Positions 24,001 through 30,000 of a stretch of 41,155 nucleotides of DNA are shown here, piece by piece. The position numbers and the translations under genes were made by a program. Under the pieces are notes generated by a model. It was given only the letters and a program-made list of their open reading frames with translations. It ran no database searches and was not told the DNA's origin. How positions within the stretch are numbered: position 1 is the stretch's first letter; every line of letters starts with the position of its first letter. Origin of the DNA: Microgenomates group bacterium (GTDB taxonomy: Bacteria > Patescibacteriota > Microgenomatia > UBA10105 > UBA927); NCBI GenBank assembly GCA_049287205.1, contig JBAQFJ010000001.1, positions 1-41,155 on the forward strand, written 5' to 3'.

Positions 24001-27000
24001 AACCACACGCACTGCAAACAGATTTGCAAACGATAGCAGAAAAACCAAAGGAAATTACAAAAAAACTGCCGAAAATGTTGAGAACGATACGGGCGCAGGA
24101 TATAGCGCGGCAGGCTTCAGAACGAACAAAAACAATAGTCAAACTTACAGCAACAGGGCTTGCAGTTTTAGGAGTGTATGCAGTTACGCACATTCCTGCA
24201 ATTCTCGGATTTGCCGGTGCAATGCGTATCGCTATGACGAATCCAGGAGCAAACATAACGCCAAGTTCGCCAGTAACAATTATTGAACAATTCACCCAAG
24301 CACCAACAATCAATCCAACTAATACCCTTGATTTATCCACGTCTACTCCAACACAAGCACCGTCAGCAACACTTGCTGCACCGGTTGATACTGTAGGACA
24401 AGCGTTATATGAAGCGTATTTGGGTTCTGCGTCAGTGCAGGATTTTGCGTATCGACCTCTTTTTGAGCGGGTTGTGAATGAGCGTATAGCACGCGCACAA
24501 GCCGAAGGAGATGCATTTTGGATTCGTATAACAGGAAAAAATGCATCGCAATTAACCCAAGCTGAAAAAGACGCAGTGTTGCAAAATCCGGTTGTTTCTA
24601 TTCCTTTGCTTGTGACAGATGGTGATTTGGTTGATCCTAGTGGTGGCAAGTTGGAAACAGCAGAAGAACAGGCTGTCGCACTTCGATCCATGCGAAACGA
24701 TGCAACCTTTGTTATTTATTTGAATACACAAACAGGACGTTTGGATATATTAAGTTCCACGCGGCAAGTGCTGATGAGCAATGGCGGGCAATATAACGCA
24801 CTGTTACAGCGGGATAAAGAGAATCCGCTCCAAGGTGCCCAAATTGCACTTGAAGAAATGTTTGGGACTACCATGGATGAACCGATTGTGGCCGACCGGT
24901 TTTTCCTTAGATATCTGGTTGACGCGGTATTTCCAGAAGGGATTACTGTTTCTGTACCGCAAGATATGGTGCGTGACTCAATGAACGCCAATGGTCAGTA
25001 TCCTGTTGTGTATAAAGCAGGAACGTATACCTTTCATGGAGATGAATTGATTAGTTATATAAGCGTCCGTCATTTGCAAAAGGAGACAGAATATCATAGG
25101 CAAGCGCGCGCCGCACAAGTTCTTTTTCTCATGCTACAAAAATTCGGAAGTTCAGCAAATTCCGCTGAAATTATTGAAAACATGTCGCAGACTCTGCGAT
25201 TCCATGTTCAGGAAGGCGGCAGAATCATAATGCTAAATGATTTAACCGGTGCAAAAGGTTCAGATGACACATTCGCAGCACTGGCGACGCGGTTTCAATT
25301 TTTGCAAAATCCGAAATATTTCAGTTCCGGAGCGTTTGGAGAAATTTATGATCATCAACTTGCATTAAATGCCAATTTCTTAAATCCCCATCTGTCTGTT
25401 TTGCAGCCGGTTGCCAGCAGAACAGTTACTTATGCAAACCTGTTGAAAGCCCTTGGTGTCTATATTAATCCGGTTGGTGTGTATGTTCCTTCCGGCGTAG
25501 ACCTCTGGTACATGCCACAACCGTCAGCACAATCAGCTGGATATTTTGCAAGCACGCGGGAAATTGCAAAAGACATGGTGAGTGAAAGCGTTGACGAAAT
25601 ACAAACAGTGCTTGTTCCTGTTGTTCCCACTGCTGTTCCTGCTGTTGTTGTTCCTGAAGTTGAACCTGCTCAAGAAGAACAGGCACAAATACCAACAGAG
25701 TCTGCTGCTCCTGCGGCATACCAGATTACCGATCGGCCGGTGCGGATTATGCTTTTGGGAGACAGTCTGATTTCCGCAGGAACACTTCCGACAAAGTTTT
25801 CCGCCAGTTTAGGAAGTGCAGGATGGAATGTTGTATTTGTAGGAAGCCAGGCAACCGGACGTGTTGCTCATGAAGGCCATGGAGGATTTTCAACCAGCTG
25901 GTTTGTTCGAGATCTTCTTAATACTGATGGTGACGGCATGTGGAACAATCTAGGACAGCGGGAGCCGACACTAAATCTCAAAGGCGCAGACACTATACCG
26001 GATATCGTTGTGTTACAGATGGGCACGAATGATATTAATAACGGTTATCCGTTGGAAAAATCAAAAGCGAACATGGAGACAATTATTGCGTATCTGCAAC
26101 AGCAAAATCCGCATGTGCAGATTGTGATTAATCCTGTTCCCGTCATGAATGCTGACTACTACGAAAACGCAACACCTGAAGCGATTGCGGCATACAACGC
26201 GATGCTTGCGACACTTACAACATCAAGCTCCACTAATACTTCGAGTATTGTCATGACTGATGCGAGTCTTGAAAATATCGATTTGGCAATAGATATCAGT
26301 TCCGATGGTGTGCACCCAACTCAATCGGGCGATCAAAAAATAGCAAATGCACTGCAACGTGTTGTCGGGGAACGGTTATCAGAATTAACCGGTATTGATA
26401 CACAGGCATATGTACCGTCTGGAAAAGTATTGCAAATGCCGGTTGCAGTTGAACGCGTAGAGATTATGAAAATGATTGCAGTGCAACAATGGGAAGAATT
26501 GCAAAAAGGAATGAAAACAAGACAACAAGATGTTGCAGTACAGCAGGTACAGGTAAAACGAAATGAAATACAAGGACCTATGAAAAACATGATGGTTGAG
26601 ATCATTCCATATTGGTTGCAGCAATCTTGGTATACCAACGTGGTGATGTCTGAAAGTTTTTGGGCACTGATGGATTTAACGCATGATATAGAAGTAATTT
26701 TAAAAAATGATCAGGTGAATATCATCAAGACTCCGAAAAAAGCGACGGAAAGCAAAACAAGACAGACAAATCAAATGCTTCCCGTGGAACAAAAAGTGGA
26801 GGAAGTGGTCGCACCGGTGGTGAAAACAATTGAAGACGCGGAAAATGATCCCTGCGGTTTCAGCTCTTTGTTTATTGAATCTGTTTTTGCCCAAGGAGCA
26901 GGAAATCCCTGTAGCGGGTCAACAAAAATAGTAAAACAGATAAGTGGATTGGTGTTTAAGGCGACCGGACGCACAGCAAGTGATGCAATGAAACTCACCG

Positions 27001-30000
27001 CCTACATGCCACATCGGGTGATATGGAATCAGATAACAAACAGTAGAAAACAAGCTGTTCCTTTACAACAAATGGTGGTAAGTCCATTCTCTGATTCAGG
27101 AAAAATGATTCCGATGCAGACAGTGGAACCTGCGAATATTCAATCTATGAATCCGGAAAATGCAGATTGGAATGCATTAACTGTTGATGAAAAGGCGATT
27201 CTTCGTTTGGCGGATTTTGAAATAGTGCGAGATGAATATATTGCTATGAAATCGTCCTATTTCGGTTCACTTCCGAAGACATTCAGTGAAAAACTGACAG
27301 GTACGATTGCAAAAATTTGGAGTGCCGGAACCAATTTCCGTCGTATGCCACAGGATTTGTTTGTTCGACTTCGTGTGTTCCTGAATCCAAAAATCGCAAC
27401 AACTTTGAAAGCAAAAACCGTGAGCGCCTCTGTATTTTCCCGCGATACGCTGATGACTAATCCGACATTTACAGGAATTTTGGATCAGGCAAAGGCGGAA
27501 GGAAATACCAAAGCGTTGCAAACCATAAAGAATCTGCTTGATCGCGAAGTGATGAAAGAAGTAAATGCAGAGAATGTGTTGATGCTTGAAGGTATATCGA
27601 CAGAGGAACTTGCCGTGATTGTTTCAAAACTCGGGTATAATCCATGGGTTTTTTGGTCAGATAACAGGGGAGAGACCTCACGTATTGCTATTGATAATGC
27701 GTTAGTTGATGGAAAACATCCATTTGAGGCAAACGGCGCGTTGAATGGTCTTTCAGAGGAGCAAAAACAAAAAGAACTGTCCTACTTCCAGAAATTATTT
27801 CCGAACATTCCAAGGTGGCTTACTTGGCTTCCAATAGCAAAATGGAGCGTCTCTCGAGATCATAGCGTCGTCCACACCGTGACAGTTGATGGTAAAACGT
27901 ATCATTTTTTGACGATGCACGTTGATCCGCCAAACGCAGTAACGTTTGTGAAAGATGTGTGGAATAAAATTACCGGAAAAACCGCAAAAGATCACCGGAA
28001 TATGTTTGCGTACCATGCAATGGAAGCAGGAACCGGAAAATCATATGTCGGAACAGGTCTTTATGCTCTCGGTCAGAAAATGTTTATCCAACTCCTTGGC
28101 AGCGCAAAAGATAAGGGAATTATCGGTGGTTTAACTGTCACAGGGGAAGAGCACTATAAAACAACAGACACCGTTATTGGTGATGATGCCATCACGTGGA
28201 AGATTAGCGATATGGTGAAAGCGGAAACTGAGGCAAAAATAGTATCTCCGTCATTGACAACGGTTCTTATGAATCAGGACATTGACGCCTCTGTTGATAC
28301 AAGTGGAAAACCAACAATTATACCTGCAAATAATACGACGATTGTAGGGGAACACCATATTAGAACTTCGGTGGATGAGCAGAGTGAAGCTGATTTCATT
28401 AAGAAATTGGAAGTGTCTCAGGTGGTCGTTGTTGAATTTGATTCGCTTGGCGACAATGTATATTCCCAACAAAGCACCGAAAAGCGATTTATGCAGCAGG
28501 CGCAAGAACATGCACTTGCGCAAAACAAACCGCTCCTTGTTCTTGACAGCAGCATTGAGGATAGATATAAATTGTGGCTTGATGCTGGTGTCGATGTTTC
28601 CCGTGAAGATTTTGCCATTCTGACAGGATTTCGCCTGCTTTCACAGGATTTTGCCAACAATATCTCCGGCAGTCAGTCAAAGCAAACATTGGTTGATCTC
28701 TATACCGGATATTTTTCAGGGCAATCTGCGTATGCTAGCAGGTTGGCAGATGCGGTGTACCAGATGTATTTTGGACTTATTGAGTCAGATTCAGTTACGA
28801 AAAAGAATGCTTTGCAGGTTGATTTTGTGACGCTCGATGCGGCAGCGAGGGAACGGTATTACCAAAAAAGCATTGCAGCCATTGAAAAAAATGTATCAGA
28901 CAAAAACATATTGGTTGTTGTTGGTGCAAGCCACGCCATCCCAATTGCACGAACGATAACGGATGGATCGTTGACAAAAGCCGATCCTTTATTATCTACC
29001 AACATAAATACAACATTGTCGACGCTGAAACAGCAGATAAATTTTGAACAAATTATTTCGGGTATGCCTGCACTTCAGCAAAGTGAAGCTGCTTTGTCGG
29101 GGCAAAGTTTGACAATAGTGAGTATTCCTGCTGATTTAGCCTCATTTACCATGACGCGTGATGGATTTACCCTGAGTGGGAAGGGAACGATATCTGTCGA
29201 AGGTTCGACGTTTCCTGTCACTCTGGAGGGAGCATTTCCGATTTTTGCAAACATGACACCGTATCTGAAACAAGACGGATTTCCTGTTCGCGTGACAGTA
29301 AATGATGCAAATGGGAAACGGGTTGGATCTATTCACATGGAGTTTAATAAAGGGGACGAAAGTGTAGGGGATATAGGACGCTTACTGCAAGCAGACATCA
29401 ATAACAGTGTTTTTTTGACAGTGAACGTCGATGTAAATCCAGAATATCGGCAACAGGGAATAGCCACGGCGTTATTGGACTACACGGAACTATTGGCGAG
29501 TCAAGTGTTTTCTGAGGCCAAGAATTATCCTCAGCTGTATCCAACTAATCTTCGCATGTTTCATCTGCTTTTTGATGCGAATTCGACTGATGGGTTTACC
29601 ACAAAATATGCAGAATCTCACGGGTATAAGACAATCACACAGGGGCTACAATATGTGAAAGAGTTGACAGCAGATGTGAAATCATCTGTAGAGCAGGCAG
29701 AAAGGCTCAATGTTGGTTTGTTTGCTGAGGGGACAAAATATTTGGTGAAAGCGGGGGTTGATGCAGTACAAAATGGGGTTAAAAAGTTTTTGTATGGAAA
29801 CACAATTCAAAATTTTAATCAGTGGAAAGAACTAACATTTTCCAGTCAAGCATATTTGCTTCAACAAGCGGTACTTCGGGATCACAGAGATATTCTGCAG
29901 CGTATAGATATGGCCTCAAATGATGCACAAGAAGCAGTTAAAAATTTAGTTGCAGATACGTATGATCGGACAAAAACAGAAACAAGTTTACCGCTCGAAA

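Noticed and set aside
26830-27030. A possible NlpC/P60- or papain-like Cys peptidase (DPCGFSS...GNPCSGSTKIVKQISGLVFKATGRTASDAMK...MPHRVIW).
   Set aside because: It has only a loose resemblance to the DCSGLV...G..LPR motif, with an insertion and no convincing His/polar triad context. The evidence is insufficient to call. It is worth including in a profile search of the 26400-28300 region, which is otherwise unassigned.
27990-28060. A Walker-A-like string, HAMEAGTGKSY.
   Set aside because: It does not satisfy [AG]-x4-G-K-[ST], because the residue five positions before the GK is Met. No Walker B context was seen.
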